Origin: Victivallaceae bacterium
GTDB lineage: Bacteria > Verrucomicrobiota > Lentisphaeria > Victivallales > Victivallaceae
Assembly (NCBI GenBank): GCA_045644425.1
Contig: JAZRGW010000023.1
Coordinates: forward strand, 71,592 to 135,591
Length of the DNA: 64,000 bases
Direction of reading: 5' to 3'
A model generated the notes under the pieces. It made no database searches and was not told where the DNA came from. It was given only the letters and a program-made list of their open reading frames with translations. The position numbers were made by a program, and so were the translations under genes. This document shows positions 47,282-57,858 of the stretch, piece by piece; positions within the stretch are counted from its first letter, which is position 1; each line of letters opens with the position of its first letter.

Positions 47282-48901
47282 TCATCTGGCGACGATCAAG
47301 GCTCCGTCGTGGGCATTGAGGATCAATTCACGGGAAATTGCACCCAGCGGGTGAAGCAATTCCATTACGCCGTTTTCAAAACCCAGTTCGGCAAGGTCAT
47401 AACGGCGGGTCTCTTCCGAATCATTGAAGATTGCCGCCGCCGGTTTACCATCCAGCGTACCGGTGAAAACCTGTGCCCAGGTATCCGGAACCCATTTTCC
47501 CGGGCGGACATTACGCATACGGTATTTTGCCGATCTTTCCAGAAGTGCCATCCTTTCCGGAGAAATCGTACCCAGATTGTCACTGGTGATGCACACACCC
47601 GTAAGTATACCGGTCAAAATCGACATGCGTGCCTCACCCAATGTATAAAACGCATTATCCGCACGTGCCATCATCGTATCCGGATCGGCACGGAAATAAC
47701 GGTCATACATGAACCAATTTGCCAGAGTGCTGTGATGGGAATTGACCATACAGGGGGCTCCGGGATTACTGTCGCAATTCACCAGTTCCGGATAAGGACA
47801 ACGCCAGTAACGCGAAGTATCCGGTCCGATACGGCAGGAGTCAACAAATCCCAGACACGCCATAAATGGCGGGCAGCAGCCGAGCAGAAATGAATCCGGA
47901 ACCGCTTCCCGGATCGCTTTCAACCCCATCCGGAATGCTTCCAGCGGAGTTACCGACGGATCAGAATATTTTCCTTCCGGCATGCAGAAACCGAGTCCAT
48001 CCATCTTGAAGTAATCATATCCCCATGAATGCAGAGTCCGGAAAACATATTTGAGATGTTCACGCACTTCCGGTATCGTTGAATCCAGACAACACCAGAG
48101 GTGATCCGGTTCCGGAGACCAGCCTTTCATTGCCAAAGCATTACCGTCGGCATCTTTAACGAACCACTCCGGATGGTTCCGGAATGTTTCACTGGCTGTT
48201 GACGCCAGAAACGGCATCAGCCAGATCCCCGGAATCATATCCGCCGCCATGATCTTTGCCGCAACCTCTTTCATCGGAGATTTCCACCGGTTGTTGCATT
48301 TGAGCCAATCACCCTGAAACGGCTGATAACCATCATCTATCTGCACCACCTGCGGGGCAAAAGGACTATCCTTGTGAGCTTTTGCCAATGCTTCAAGATT
48401 TTCGTTGAAATCATTTTCGGTCACATTGGCATAATAATAGTACCATGAACAATATCCGGTCAGATTTTTTTCTGCAGCGATGGGAGATACTCCCATTTTT
48501 TTCGCAGTCGTTTCAGCATACCGGATCATCAGTTCCCGCCAATCATCACCGGTGAGGACCACCACCTCTTCCGGAGTCATCCCCTCCTTGATATGGGGCT
48601 GGTGCATGATCACTGAATGGAATCTGCCTCTTTTGACCAGTTTGAAGTACGTCATGGAGCGGAACGCCGTGACTGCACCGGCAAGAATGTATTTTTTACT
48701 TGCCTCATCACCGACTACGATCAAATCCTGACTCTCATATTCACCCTCAAATCCGGCAGGTGTAAATACACATGAGCCGGATAAAAGCTGAACCATATTA
48801 TTGCTCGTGCGATACATAAAACCGGCTGACGGCGGCAAATCCAGCAGCAATTCCACACAATAGCCCATTTTGACCGGCTGCCAACTCATCTGCATAATCA
48901 A
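47282..48901 (-). CDS. Alpha-galactosidase-like glycoside hydrolase (clan GH-D, GH36-like), cytoplasmic
   Basis: GYCSWYYYY, VVQIDDGYQPFQGDW, MIPGIWLMPF, GYDYFKMDG and CRIGPDT blocks, as in melibiase/GH36-type enzymes. No signal peptide. Confidence 0.65.
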   Translation of the reverse strand: MIMQMSWQPVKMGYCVELLLDLPPSAGFMYRTSNNMVQLLSGSCVFTPAGFEGEYESQDLIVVGDEASKKYILAGAVTAFRSMTYFKLVKRGRFHSVIMHQPHIKEGMTPEEVVVLTGDDWRELMIRYAETTAKKMGVSPIAAEKNLTGYCSWYYYYANVTENDFNENLEALAKAHKDSPFAPQVVQIDDGYQPFQGDWLKCNNRWKSPMKEVAAKIMAADMIPGIWLMPFLASTASETFRNHPEWFVKDADGNALAMKGWSPEPDHLWCCLDSTIPEVREHLKYVFRTLHSWGYDYFKMDGLGFCMPEGKYSDPSVTPLEAFRMGLKAIREAVPDSFLLGCCPPFMACLGFVDSCRIGPDTSRYWRCPYPELVNCDSNPGAPCMVNSHHSTLANWFMYDRYFRADPDTMMARADNAFYTLGEARMSILTGILTGVCITSDNLGTISPERMALLERSAKYRMRNVRPGKWVPDTWAQVFTGTLDGKPAAAIFNDSEETRRYDLAELGFENGVMELLHPLGAISRELILNAHDGALIVAR

Positions 48902-49021
48902 ATCCCTTTCTCAACTATATCAAACTTTGAAAATAATATAGCATCAATGCCTGATTTATCAATCTTAAAAGTTCAACAAAATACAACTTCAGACATTTTT
49001 ATAAACAGCTTTTGGCTGATA

Positions 49022-49060
49022 TAAAAAAGCGGTGCTGCAAACATTGAGTTTTGCAGCACC
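49022..49060 (-). terminator. Rho-independent terminator after the LamG gene
   Basis: GGTGCTGCAAA / TTTGCAGCACC stem, followed on the minus strand by GCTTTTTTAT. Confidence 0.8.
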
Positions 49061-49083
49061 ACCTTCCGGAAAAATTATTCAGA

Positions 49084-49842
49084 TCACTCTTTATCTTCCA
49101 GAACTTTCTGACCGGCTTCCCAGATCTGAAGCAATTCGGCGTCGGAAAGTTTTTTGCTGTAGATACGGAAATTATCCACAAGGAAGTTTTTATTATAGTT
49201 ACTGCCGACTGAAAAACGGTTGCAATGGGCAAATTCAGCATTTGAAAGCGGCAGCTGCAGTTTGAATGATTTGTACGGAGCTCCATCGTAGCTCAGTGAG
49301 ATATACTCCTTATCCCATGCCACGGAAACCATGTGCCAACCCTGGCAGAGTTTGGTCAGAGCCGGGGGAGTGATGATATGGCGGACATTTTTCCGCACTT
49401 TGGAGTGAAGCAGATAGAGTTCCAGCGGCTGACGGCAGGGACAGGCCCCATCTTTACCGCTGGCGGTCTGGATCATGATCAGACCACCGGCATTGCCCAA
49501 TCCCCACAAACCGACACCTCTGCCGCTTTTCTGGCCGTGCCAGTTGTCACCTTTGAACCAGAGAACAACTGAACCCGGTTTATCAAAATCAAGAGTATCT
49601 TTGGTGTAATAAAGAGGACATCCGGCTTTTTCACCAAGACGGATGGCTTTACCGAAAATACCCTCTTCAAAAACTTTGGTTCCGCGGAACTCGGCGGCGG
49701 CGGCACGACCGGCAGACTTGACCGCATCGGTGGTGTCATCAAAATCAACGGCAAAATAGAGAGCATCTTCAGCGACTTCTGCGGCGGTAACACAGAAAGC
49801 GGAAATGCAAAGCAACGCTGCAAAAATAAAACTTTTTTTCAT
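49084..49842 (-). CDS. Secreted LamG/concanavalin-A-like lectin domain protein
   Basis: Signal peptide. SVVLWFKGDNW..., WHMVSVAWDKEYISLSYDG and NFRIYSKKLSDAEL (the classic LamG tail). Confidence 0.75.
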   Translation of the reverse strand: MKKSFIFAALLCISAFCVTAAEVAEDALYFAVDFDDTTDAVKSAGRAAAAEFRGTKVFEEGIFGKAIRLGEKAGCPLYYTKDTLDFDKPGSVVLWFKGDNWHGQKSGRGVGLWGLGNAGGLIMIQTASGKDGACPCRQPLELYLLHSKVRKNVRHIITPPALTKLCQGWHMVSVAWDKEYISLSYDGAPYKSFKLQLPLSNAEFAHCNRFSVGSNYNKNFLVDNFRIYSKKLSDAELLQIWEAGQKVLEDKE

Positions 49843-49860
49843 AATAATCTGATTCCTTTA

Positions 49861-50607
49861 TTATTTCTGAACGAGGAAGAACAAAGCCCCCTCGCTGCCA
49901 GCGGTAGCACTGGAGTCAGCATAACTCTGAAGCGTATTGCGGTTCAGAGAGTCAACATGACCATCAAGTTTCAAAATATTAGCACTGTCATTGTGACGGG
50001 GATTTATCGACTGATTGGCTTTGGCTGGATAAATATACCCGGGAGAGAAATAGGGATGAGTGATAGCATCCATTTCAGCATCAACCGCATAGGCAATGGT
50101 ATTATAGTTTTTGAAACTTGCAACTTTGCGGGTGCTTGATTCAAAAGCATAAGTTGTGTCAGCCGCACCATATCCACCGGCAACTGCATAGCTGAAGAAG
50201 GGATAAAGATTAGCCAAATCGGTGTCATTCATACGGTCGATTTGGGCCAAGGCGGCTTTTGCCTTGCCTTCCACTGATGCAGGAGAACTCGGACAGCCGA
50301 AAATATCAATAGTTCCGGCATATTTAGTCATTGTTCCCGACCAACGCAGAGAATTGGTAGTGACCGTTGGAGACTGACAAAAACCCGGTATGTAATCTTC
50401 ATTACCCTGCGAATACATGACTACATTAGTTCCAAGTTGTTTCAGATTGTTGATACAGCTTGCAGTACGACCGCGCTCGCGGGCAGAGTTGAGTGCCGGC
50501 AGCAGGATCGCTGCCAGAATCGCGATGATCGCGATGACCACGAGGAGTTCGATAAGGGTGAAGCATTGCTTCACCCGCCAGCTGGCGGCAAAATTTTTCT
50601 TTTCCAT
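49861..50607 (-). CDS. DUF1559-like pseudopilin (prepilin leader, H-x9-DG)
   Basis: [51 protein letters not shown]-terminal [12 protein letters not shown]. Confidence 0.9.
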   Translation of the reverse strand: MEKKNFAASWRVKQCFTLIELLVVIAIIAILAAILLPALNSARERGRTASCINNLKQLGTNVVMYSQGNEDYIPGFCQSPTVTTNSLRWSGTMTKYAGTIDIFGCPSSPASVEGKAKAALAQIDRMNDTDLANLYPFFSYAVAGGYGAADTTYAFESSTRKVASFKNYNTIAYAVDAEMDAITHPYFSPGYIYPAKANQSINPRHNDSANILKLDGHVDSLNRNTLQSYADSSATAGSEGALFFLVQK

Positions 50608-50643
50608 TTTTACTTTTCCTTTCTTTTTTGGTTTTGGAAAGTT

Positions 50644-51513
50644 TTATTTTCTTAAAACACCGATATCTTTAAGCCAGTAAATCAATTCATCCGCCCACGG
50701 GTGGCGGGGATTGCCCAGACCCAATCCGTGACGGCCGCTGTAATAGATGTGGAGCGAAAACGGTACTTTATTCGCTTCCAGAGCATTGACAAAATCCAGT
50801 GCGTTGCGTACCGGCACGGATGCGTCGGCAAAGGTGTGCCAGACAAAACACGGCGGCGTATCCTCATTGACAAATTTATATGCCGCCACATCTTCAATTT
50901 TAGCATCAGTGCCGCCAATAAGATTATTGCGGGAACCGCAGCACTCACCGTAACGCTGATCCATAGATGTCTGGGCATAGCAGAGGATCGCAAAATCCGG
51001 ACGGCTGCTCTTTTTATCCACCGGATCTTTGGCATCTTTGATACCGAAATCATTTTTCACCGCCGTCATCGCCGCCAGATGTCCTCCGGCAGATGATCCC
51101 ATAATGCCGACCAGTTTGGCATTTATATTCCACTTTTTTGCATTGAATCTTGCCAGACGGATGGCACGTTTGGCATCCAGCTGCGGTGCGGGATAGCGGT
51201 AGGAACCATTGGACTTCGCTCCGGTACGGTAACGCAGAACCAGACCGGCAATACCGTGCTGATTGAGAAATTTCGCGTAATTGGTTCCCTCATGCCCGTA
51301 GGCAAGTCCGCTGTACGCACCACCGGGGCAGATGATCACTGCCGGAGTGCGTTTGCCGGAATTCGGCGGCAGAAAAACTTCCAGCATCGGAATATCCCGG
51401 GGTTCTTTCCCTTTGGCAAGTGGAGCATCACCCTCCCAGAGCCGGACTTTTTCCGCCCCGGAAAGGAGCAACGCAACGCAGGCAAAGGTGAAAATAAAAA
51501 ACTTTTTCATCAC
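50644..51513 (-). CDS. Secreted alpha/beta hydrolase fold-3 esterase (carbohydrate acetyl-esterase-like)
   Basis: Signal peptide, ICPGGAY, the nucleophile elbow GSSAGGH, and a late ...HGLGL. Confidence 0.75.
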   Translation of the reverse strand: MMKKFFIFTFACVALLLSGAEKVRLWEGDAPLAKGKEPRDIPMLEVFLPPNSGKRTPAVIICPGGAYSGLAYGHEGTNYAKFLNQHGIAGLVLRYRTGAKSNGSYRYPAPQLDAKRAIRLARFNAKKWNINAKLVGIMGSSAGGHLAAMTAVKNDFGIKDAKDPVDKKSSRPDFAILCYAQTSMDQRYGECCGSRNNLIGGTDAKIEDVAAYKFVNEDTPPCFVWHTFADASVPVRNALDFVNALEANKVPFSLHIYYSGRHGLGLGNPRHPWADELIYWLKDIGVLRK

Positions 51514-52646
51514 TTTTTCAATCCCTCTTTGAATTTTTTCAGTGTTTCAAGCAGGATCATGCCGTTTTTCTCATCCGGTTCGAGATAGCTGCCCTCGGTC
51601 CACTCATTCCACGCATTGATAAAGATCGCTTTCGGAGCGTATTCGGCAAGAGCTTCAAGCAATTCGCCGAAACCCTCTGCATCCGGATCCATCACCGGCA
51701 AATAGGGATAACCAATAAGCTCATAAACATCGCTCTGGATCGTCCGCGGGGAAGAATCCCATCCGGCAGTCACCACCGGCAGATAGGGTGCAGGCAGGGT
51801 TTTGAATGCTTTTTCCGCCAGTTCCAGATAGATGCGGTTGGAATCTTTGAAATCAACTTTCAAATCCTTATCCCAGAGCGGATGGGGAAAAAGGCAGTTG
51901 TAACTGGTATAACTGTCAAACCCCGCCCGGGTACTCCACTCGGCAGTGGTACAGGGAGAAGAGGGAGCATTATCCAGATTGTCGTACCATACAGCATTGA
52001 TATGCAGACCGGGAAGACCGGCAGCTTTCACCTTTTCACGCAGAGAATTCAGCACTTCGGCACAATCTTCCACTCCGCCCATCTGTTTGATGAAACGGTT
52101 GGTGGCATAGATGGAAAAATACGGTACTCCATCAAGATACCAGTAGTTTTTATGAGTAAAATATTTTTCAATGAGCATATCCCAGATCTCACCGACATTC
52201 TCTTTGGTACTATTCCACCGGTAGAGCATTTTCGGATTGTAAACATCCCTGCCGCAGGGATGGCGGTCAAACCAGTCATGGTTCGCCCACATGATGGCAA
52301 ATTTGAAATCTTTATCTTTGACCGCAGGCAGAAATCCTTCATCCAACGCCCGCTGCAAATACGGTCCATCATACCAGTACCAGTCAAAAATAAACGCATC
52401 CAATCCGTGAGCTTTGGCAGTGTCGATCTTTTTTGCCATCACTGCCGGATCAGCTTCATCCTCATAACCCCATACCGGAATTTTCGGCTGCTGATGACCG
52501 GGAAAACGGGAACGGGCAAGCTTCATAAGCTCCCACTCCGTCCACCCTTTGCCGTGATACTCCTCATTTTTGGTATCGGCATGGTAATTGGGGAAATAGT
52601 AGGCGGTAATATCCATGATTCTGAAAAAACTCCAACTTTTTGTCAT
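51510..52646 (-). CDS. GH99-like / WbsX-family domain protein, no signal peptide
   Basis: AYYFPNYHADTKNEEYHGKGWTEWE and FINAWNEWTEGSYLEPD are hallmark WbsX/GH99-like strands. A 4-nt ATGA overlap joins it to the esterase gene. An alternative start exists at ATG 52616. Confidence 0.75.
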   Translation of the reverse strand: MTKSWSFFRIMDITAYYFPNYHADTKNEEYHGKGWTEWELMKLARSRFPGHQQPKIPVWGYEDEADPAVMAKKIDTAKAHGLDAFIFDWYWYDGPYLQRALDEGFLPAVKDKDFKFAIMWANHDWFDRHPCGRDVYNPKMLYRWNSTKENVGEIWDMLIEKYFTHKNYWYLDGVPYFSIYATNRFIKQMGGVEDCAEVLNSLREKVKAAGLPGLHINAVWYDNLDNAPSSPCTTAEWSTRAGFDSYTSYNCLFPHPLWDKDLKVDFKDSNRIYLELAEKAFKTLPAPYLPVVTAGWDSSPRTIQSDVYELIGYPYLPVMDPDAEGFGELLEALAEYAPKAIFINAWNEWTEGSYLEPDEKNGMILLETLKKFKEGLKK

Positions 52647-52811
52647 TCTTACACATAATTGTCCGATATATAATTATACTGCAAAAACATCGCATATACC
52701 TTAATTGTATTGCAAATTTATAGTACAATTTTGCAAAATCGCCTTTTTTTCAATAAAAAATATAAAAATCAGTTTGCAATACTTTGAGTTCGGTTGTAGA
52801 GTAAAAACATT

Positions 52812-53699
52812 ATGGAAGAAATAAAGAAAATAATCCGTTTTAAAAATCTGTGGCCCCAGGGAACTTTTCCGGTGATGGTGCGTGACACCTATCAGGATGA
52901 GTTCGCGGCGGCACACTCCCACGACTATATCGAAATAGCTCTGGTGCATAACGGCAGAGGTACTCATTTAAATCATTTTCCAGACGGCAGAGTGATTGCC
53001 AATACCATCATCAAAGGCGATCTTTTTGTCATCCTGCCCGGAGAGATCCACTCCTACGCCAACTGCCGGGCATATCAGGTCTACAACCTCTGTATCGGAG
53101 TGGAGTTTTTCCATACCCTTTATCCGGAATTGGTTAATCTGAAACATTACAAGCAATTCTTTTCCGGAAACCGTCTGCCAGAGGTCAATCAGCTCCATCT
53201 GCTCCCCAGCCGTTTCAGCAGTGCCGAAGATAAACTGCGGCGTCTGGCAACTGCACTGCGGTCAACTGCACCAAGTGCTTTGCTGGCAGTGAAACTCGCT
53301 CTGACCGATTTCCTTTTCACCGTATTTGATGATGATTCAGGTAACTGGAAACTGCTGGAAAATGATCTCAATTACCGCCTTTCCCAATCAATTATCCAGA
53401 TGGAGGCAAATCCGGAAAAGAAGTTCGATCTGAAAACATTTGCCCGTAAAGCGGGAATGAGTGCTTCAGGTTTTTCCCACCAATTCAAAAAAGTTATCGG
53501 CGTACCGCCGGGGGATTACTGCCTTTTTCTGAAACTGGATAAAGTTCGCAAGCTGTTGGAAAATAAATCATTGAGTATGACCGAAGTCGCTATCACCTGC
53601 GGTTTTACCGACAGCAACTACATGATCCGGGCTTTCAAAAAACGTTTCGGGATCACCCCCGGGAATTACCGTGCCGGATTACTGCAAATCGATAATTGA
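52812..53699 (+). CDS. AraC-family transcriptional regulator (cupin sensor + HTH)
   Basis: An N-terminal cupin-like region (HSHDYIEIALV) and a C-terminal AraC HTH pair (...AGMSASGFSHQFKKVIGVPPGDY...GFTDSNYMIRAFKKRFGITPGNYR). Confidence 0.9.
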   Translation: MEEIKKIIRFKNLWPQGTFPVMVRDTYQDEFAAAHSHDYIEIALVHNGRGTHLNHFPDGRVIANTIIKGDLFVILPGEIHSYANCRAYQVYNLCIGVEFFHTLYPELVNLKHYKQFFSGNRLPEVNQLHLLPSRFSSAEDKLRRLATALRSTAPSALLAVKLALTDFLFTVFDDDSGNWKLLENDLNYRLSQSIIQMEANPEKKFDLKTFARKAGMSASGFSHQFKKVIGVPPGDYCLFLKLDKVRKLLENKSLSMTEVAITCGFTDSNYMIRAFKKRFGITPGNYRAGLLQIDN

Positions 53700-53821
53700 G
53701 AGACACTGAAATTTTGATGCCGCCTGCGGCTTGCTCTCTCTTTGGGAGCAGCACTATGGGATTTTTTGAGAAGCTTTGAAATTTTTATTTGGGGTGCTGC
53801 TTCCGGGTCAGTGCCATTCAT

Positions 53822-53863
53822 AAAAAATCAGGCTGCTGCAAAAAAAATATTTTTACAGCAGCC
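53822..53863 (-). terminator. Rho-independent terminator (usable in both directions)
   Basis: GGCTGCTGCAAAAA...TTTTTACAGCAGCC stem. The minus strand continues TGATTTTTTAT. It lies 17 nt after the stop of 53880-55049. Confidence 0.75.
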
Positions 53864-53879
53864 CAGACTTGTTTTCGCA

Positions 53880-55049
53880 TTACCTGATAACGTCAAGCAG
53901 TTCAAATTTTTCACTGCCGAGAGTTCCGGAAAATTTGCCTTTCATCCCGGCTTCAGGCAGTTTGAAAGTCAGCGTATAAGCTTTACCGGGAATCAATGCG
54001 GGCAGATCAGCCGATCCCAGAGCAATGGAAGGTTTGCCGGGTTGAGTGATTTTCAACGTCACCTTTCTCGCCGGTGCAGATTTGTAAGCAGAAAAGGTCA
54101 GATTTGCCTCTTTGTCATTGATTTTCAACTCCATTGCCGTTTCACCGATGATCTCACGCAAATCGGAAATTCCGGGAAAAACCGCAAGTTTGTAACTGTA
54201 AGAACCGGCAAGATCCTTATCCAGAGCCAGCTGCGGCATGATCACTTCGATCGTGCGGCAGACTTTACCGCTGAAATTATTGCTGAACCATGAGTAAAAG
54301 GTACATTTTTTTCTGTCATCCTTGAAAAGCAGTGCCATTGCCACCTTTTCCGCCGGAGCAGATACGGCGATCCAATTTCTTTCCGGAGCGAAATAGGTAT
54401 TCGGAGCATGCCAGCCGCCACGGTAAATACCCGTTGCAGGAAAATCGGTCTTATTCCCCAGACCATTGACCGCATCACCGCCGACAGTGGGAATGGCAGC
54501 GACCCACTTCACCTCGCCGGATGGCATCATATTCAGCCACGGAGCAGTATATCCTTGCCGGGGATGAGTGCGGAATTTCACATTCACATCGAAATTGACC
54601 GCAAAAGCATCTTTTTCAAGCGTCACTTTACGGGTCAATTCAGCTGACAGATTACCGTATTCCGGACAATAAAGGGTGATCGAATCCGGGGTGGATTCTT
54701 TCACTGTCATATTGGAAATGATTCCGTCATTGCCGCGCCAGAACTTTTCCTGGAAAAGCACTCCGGAAGCCTGCGGATAAACAATCAGCGGTCCCCGGGT
54801 AATCTGCAGAAGTTTTCCACCCCAGAGCAGCGGAATATTGCCATTTTTCAGCGTGATATTCTCAATACCGCCGCTGAGTCCGGGGTAAAGGGAAAGACAG
54901 AAAATTTCATTTTCAATAACGCTCCGGTCGGAAGCAAGTGTCAAAACTTCTTCCTTATCCATCCGGACGGAGTGTTTCACCGACGGATGCTCAGATGTGC
55001 AGCCTGCCGCAAGAAGCAGCAATGCCAGAAATCCGGTAACTTTTTTCAT
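53880..55049 (-). CDS. Probable lipoprotein, 389 aa, beta-sandwich/mutarotase-like, unknown function
   Basis: MKKVTGFLALLLLAAGC lipobox-like leader. A 4-nt ATGA overlap joins it to the upstream 935-aa gene. Confidence 0.7.
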   Translation of the reverse strand: MKKVTGFLALLLLAAGCTSEHPSVKHSVRMDKEEVLTLASDRSVIENEIFCLSLYPGLSGGIENITLKNGNIPLLWGGKLLQITRGPLIVYPQASGVLFQEKFWRGNDGIISNMTVKESTPDSITLYCPEYGNLSAELTRKVTLEKDAFAVNFDVNVKFRTHPRQGYTAPWLNMMPSGEVKWVAAIPTVGGDAVNGLGNKTDFPATGIYRGGWHAPNTYFAPERNWIAVSAPAEKVAMALLFKDDRKKCTFYSWFSNNFSGKVCRTIEVIMPQLALDKDLAGSYSYKLAVFPGISDLREIIGETAMELKINDKEANLTFSAYKSAPARKVTLKITQPGKPSIALGSADLPALIPGKAYTLTFKLPEAGMKGKFSGTLGSEKFELLDVIR

Positions 55050-57853
55050 TTGTCACCCCCGTTTTCAAAACAGCGTTTGACCGGCAGGTGTTTGCCGCGC
55101 ATATTGAACTTTTCCAGCACCTCCGCCGGACAACCGTCAGTGGCTCCCATGCCGCTGTAAATCTCAAAACGTCTATCCATCACATGTGAAAGATCACGCA
55201 CCATCATATCTCCGGAGTAACTGTCACGGGCATTAATGGTGATCGCATTGCCCTTGCGGGAAATACCGCATTTGGCAGGATCTTTTTCTTTGAAGTTCAA
55301 GAGGATATAGGGTTTATTCTGCGGTATTTTGCCGGAAATCACCACATTGCCGTATTTGCAGAGTTTATTCTGTGCCGCATATTGGAAATATTCCTGGAAG
55401 TTTTCCGCCAGAAGCAGGGCATCTTTATCACCGTTTTCCGGCACGACCACGACAAAATCCGGAACTTTTTTCTCATTCAGGAAGGGGAATGAAAGATATT
55501 CCGCCGCCGTATTTCTGAACTCGGTGGAATTGTAGGTCAGAGTTACCACAGATTCCGGAACGAATTCCACGTCGCTGTCAGTTTTGACGATTTTGCCGTT
55601 CACCTTGATCTCTGCCGGAGCGAAGTTGCGGATCTTGCGGGGAGTGACCGATGCGGTGAAAGCGGAACTGTTTTTGAGTTTGACGGTAAAAACCTCTTTA
55701 TTCAGATCTTTGACCGAAGAAACTTTCACATCGCCGTCGGGCAGAAAGGAAAATCCGCACACCGCTTCAAAAAGCACCGGAATACGGGAGGGAATTTCAA
55801 AATCAAAAAGAGTTTCTTTGCCGTAAACCGACTGCTCAAGCGATCCGGCATCACGCATTTTACGCACGAAAACATACGATTTATCACCGAGCAGATCATT
55901 GCTTACTGCAAAGCGGGCAGGCATCGGTTCCTCATAGGGATTACCATAGAAAAGAATGGTGTTTTCACCTCTGCCGTAACGTGCCTGATAGGCGATTTTG
56001 CCATCATTGTCGCAAGCGACCGGAACAACGGCCTGCCAGCCGTGACGGATACACTCCAAAAGTTCCGGCATGGCATACTGGGCTGTGGCATTGCCGCTGT
56101 AAAGCTGGGCACTGGAGGTCATGCCGTAACGGAATTCGGTGAAAATCGCATAATCCATCATCTTGCCCAGACGGACGAGAAATTCACTCTTTTTCAGTGA
56201 ACGCCAATCCGGGATCAGCTGCGGGATCATGTAGCCTTTGCCGTGGATAATGGCAGGCAAAGCACCGAAAGTGTAACGCCAGTGCGGCATTTTGTCGTGG
56301 AAACCACGCTCAAACGGAGTTTTTTCCATCATGATCACGTCGGCATTCATCGTACCGTTGGCAGCAATAAAAGGACGCTTGTAAGCCGGAAGCGTGGGAG
56401 CAAGTTTTTCCCGGATGTATTCAAAAAGCACCGTCTGGGCAACACTGGAGTCGATATAGACTCCTTTTTTATCATAAGCTCTGCCGGGCAGATCGTAATT
56501 TTTTACCGCCGGTCCGCGATAGTAGCAGCCGCTGCCGGAACAATCGAAGCTGAATCCGGGCATAGTAAGTTCATCATAGACCAGTTTCAGGTCTTTATAA
56601 TACTGTTTGGCAAAACTGGTTCCCATCGGGAAAACACGGGCATCCTGATCGTGATAATTTGTCCAGCCGGTTTTATAAATAGCAACCACGCCGCCGTCGG
56701 TATCGGAGACAAAGGAGTCGGGATATTTGCTCTGAACCAATCCCCAGTCACAGAAAGTGCCGCTGGCACTGGGATAGAAGGCAAAACCGAACTTTTTACC
56801 GTACTTATCGAAGACACCTTTGCGGTTTTTGTGGAAATCTTCCACGGAAAGTTTCCTCCAGTCAAAAGGACCGAATTCGCCGCCGACGATCTGGTTGATG
56901 TAGCCCAGACGGAAATTTCTGGCAAGCGGTTTATAGTTCCACAACTCTTTGTGTCCGTAAATATCACCGCTGCGTTTGTAGGGGGCGTATGCCCAATCCC
57001 ATGCCATATAAAGACGGCGGAAAAATTCATAATTGGGTTTGTAAGTCCATGCACGGTACATGGCGTGAGCATACCAGATATATTTATTATCCTGACCGAC
57101 GTAGGGAGTCCACTTTTCAGGGAATGAGTCAAACATCGCCTGAATAGCATTGACTTCCCAGCCGAAACGGTTTTCGACTGAACCAATGAGAAAACGGAAA
57201 GTGGTTTTGCGTTTCGGACCGAGAGCTGTTCTGCCGGAATAACGGAGATTGGCATTGTCAGATGTGAATTTATCCACTGCGGAACCGAGCCATGAGTATT
57301 TGTCATACATCACACTGCCGAGAATGAAACTGCGTTTGGCATCGCCGTAAATGGCAAGAGATACCGGCATTTCAAAGGCTGAAATATTGGCAACGGCACT
57401 GCCGCTTTTGAATCCGCCGCGCGACATCGCTTTGCCGGTAACGGGGATCTTACTGAATCCGTCGTAGAAGAAATCTTCTTTGGTGCGGGGTACGGTCAGA
57501 TTCAGAGCCGGTTCGAGGAAAAGTTCCTTATCCTGAGTATTGGCAATGGTCAATTCAGTGAGGATCAACCGGTTGCGTGCAGAAAATTTCACGCTCACAT
57601 CCGAGGTACCGGCTTTGAATTTCACCATACCGGTATTATCGGCGAAAAATGCTTCCCCCGGCATGATCGCTTCAAATTTGCCGCTTTTACCGTTGAGAAC
57701 GGAAATCGAACCATTCAAACGCTGGCCGTCAGGAGTTTCAATGGTATATTTACCATCAGGTTTGAGTTCAGTAAGAGTAACTTCCGGCACGGTGACTGCG
57801 GCAGAAAGCAGCAGCGGAATAAGTGCCCCGATCAAAGAAATTTTACGGATCAT
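55046..57853 (-). CDS. Secreted 935-aa protein of unknown function, possibly distantly related to the C-terminal domain of the 4471/8430/11827 family
   Basis: Start ATG 57853 has GGAGG 7 nt upstream (the track start is 57877). Signal peptide MIRKISLIGALIPLLLSAAV. Blocks YPDSFVSDTDGG..IYKTGW and GFSFDCSGS echo YPAEWVRKTPGG..LYGGGY and GIGWDCAGF. Confidence 0.75.
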   Translation of the reverse strand: MIRKISLIGALIPLLLSAAVTVPEVTLTELKPDGKYTIETPDGQRLNGSISVLNGKSGKFEAIMPGEAFFADNTGMVKFKAGTSDVSVKFSARNRLILTELTIANTQDKELFLEPALNLTVPRTKEDFFYDGFSKIPVTGKAMSRGGFKSGSAVANISAFEMPVSLAIYGDAKRSFILGSVMYDKYSWLGSAVDKFTSDNANLRYSGRTALGPKRKTTFRFLIGSVENRFGWEVNAIQAMFDSFPEKWTPYVGQDNKYIWYAHAMYRAWTYKPNYEFFRRLYMAWDWAYAPYKRSGDIYGHKELWNYKPLARNFRLGYINQIVGGEFGPFDWRKLSVEDFHKNRKGVFDKYGKKFGFAFYPSASGTFCDWGLVQSKYPDSFVSDTDGGVVAIYKTGWTNYHDQDARVFPMGTSFAKQYYKDLKLVYDELTMPGFSFDCSGSGCYYRGPAVKNYDLPGRAYDKKGVYIDSSVAQTVLFEYIREKLAPTLPAYKRPFIAANGTMNADVIMMEKTPFERGFHDKMPHWRYTFGALPAIIHGKGYMIPQLIPDWRSLKKSEFLVRLGKMMDYAIFTEFRYGMTSSAQLYSGNATAQYAMPELLECIRHGWQAVVPVACDNDGKIAYQARYGRGENTILFYGNPYEEPMPARFAVSNDLLGDKSYVFVRKMRDAGSLEQSVYGKETLFDFEIPSRIPVLFEAVCGFSFLPDGDVKVSSVKDLNKEVFTVKLKNSSAFTASVTPRKIRNFAPAEIKVNGKIVKTDSDVEFVPESVVTLTYNSTEFRNTAAEYLSFPFLNEKKVPDFVVVVPENGDKDALLLAENFQEYFQYAAQNKLCKYGNVVISGKIPQNKPYILLNFKEKDPAKCGISRKGNAITINARDSYSGDMMVRDLSHVMDRRFEIYSGMGATDGCPAEVLEKFNMRGKHLPVKRCFENGGDK

Positions 57854-57858
57854 TTTTA

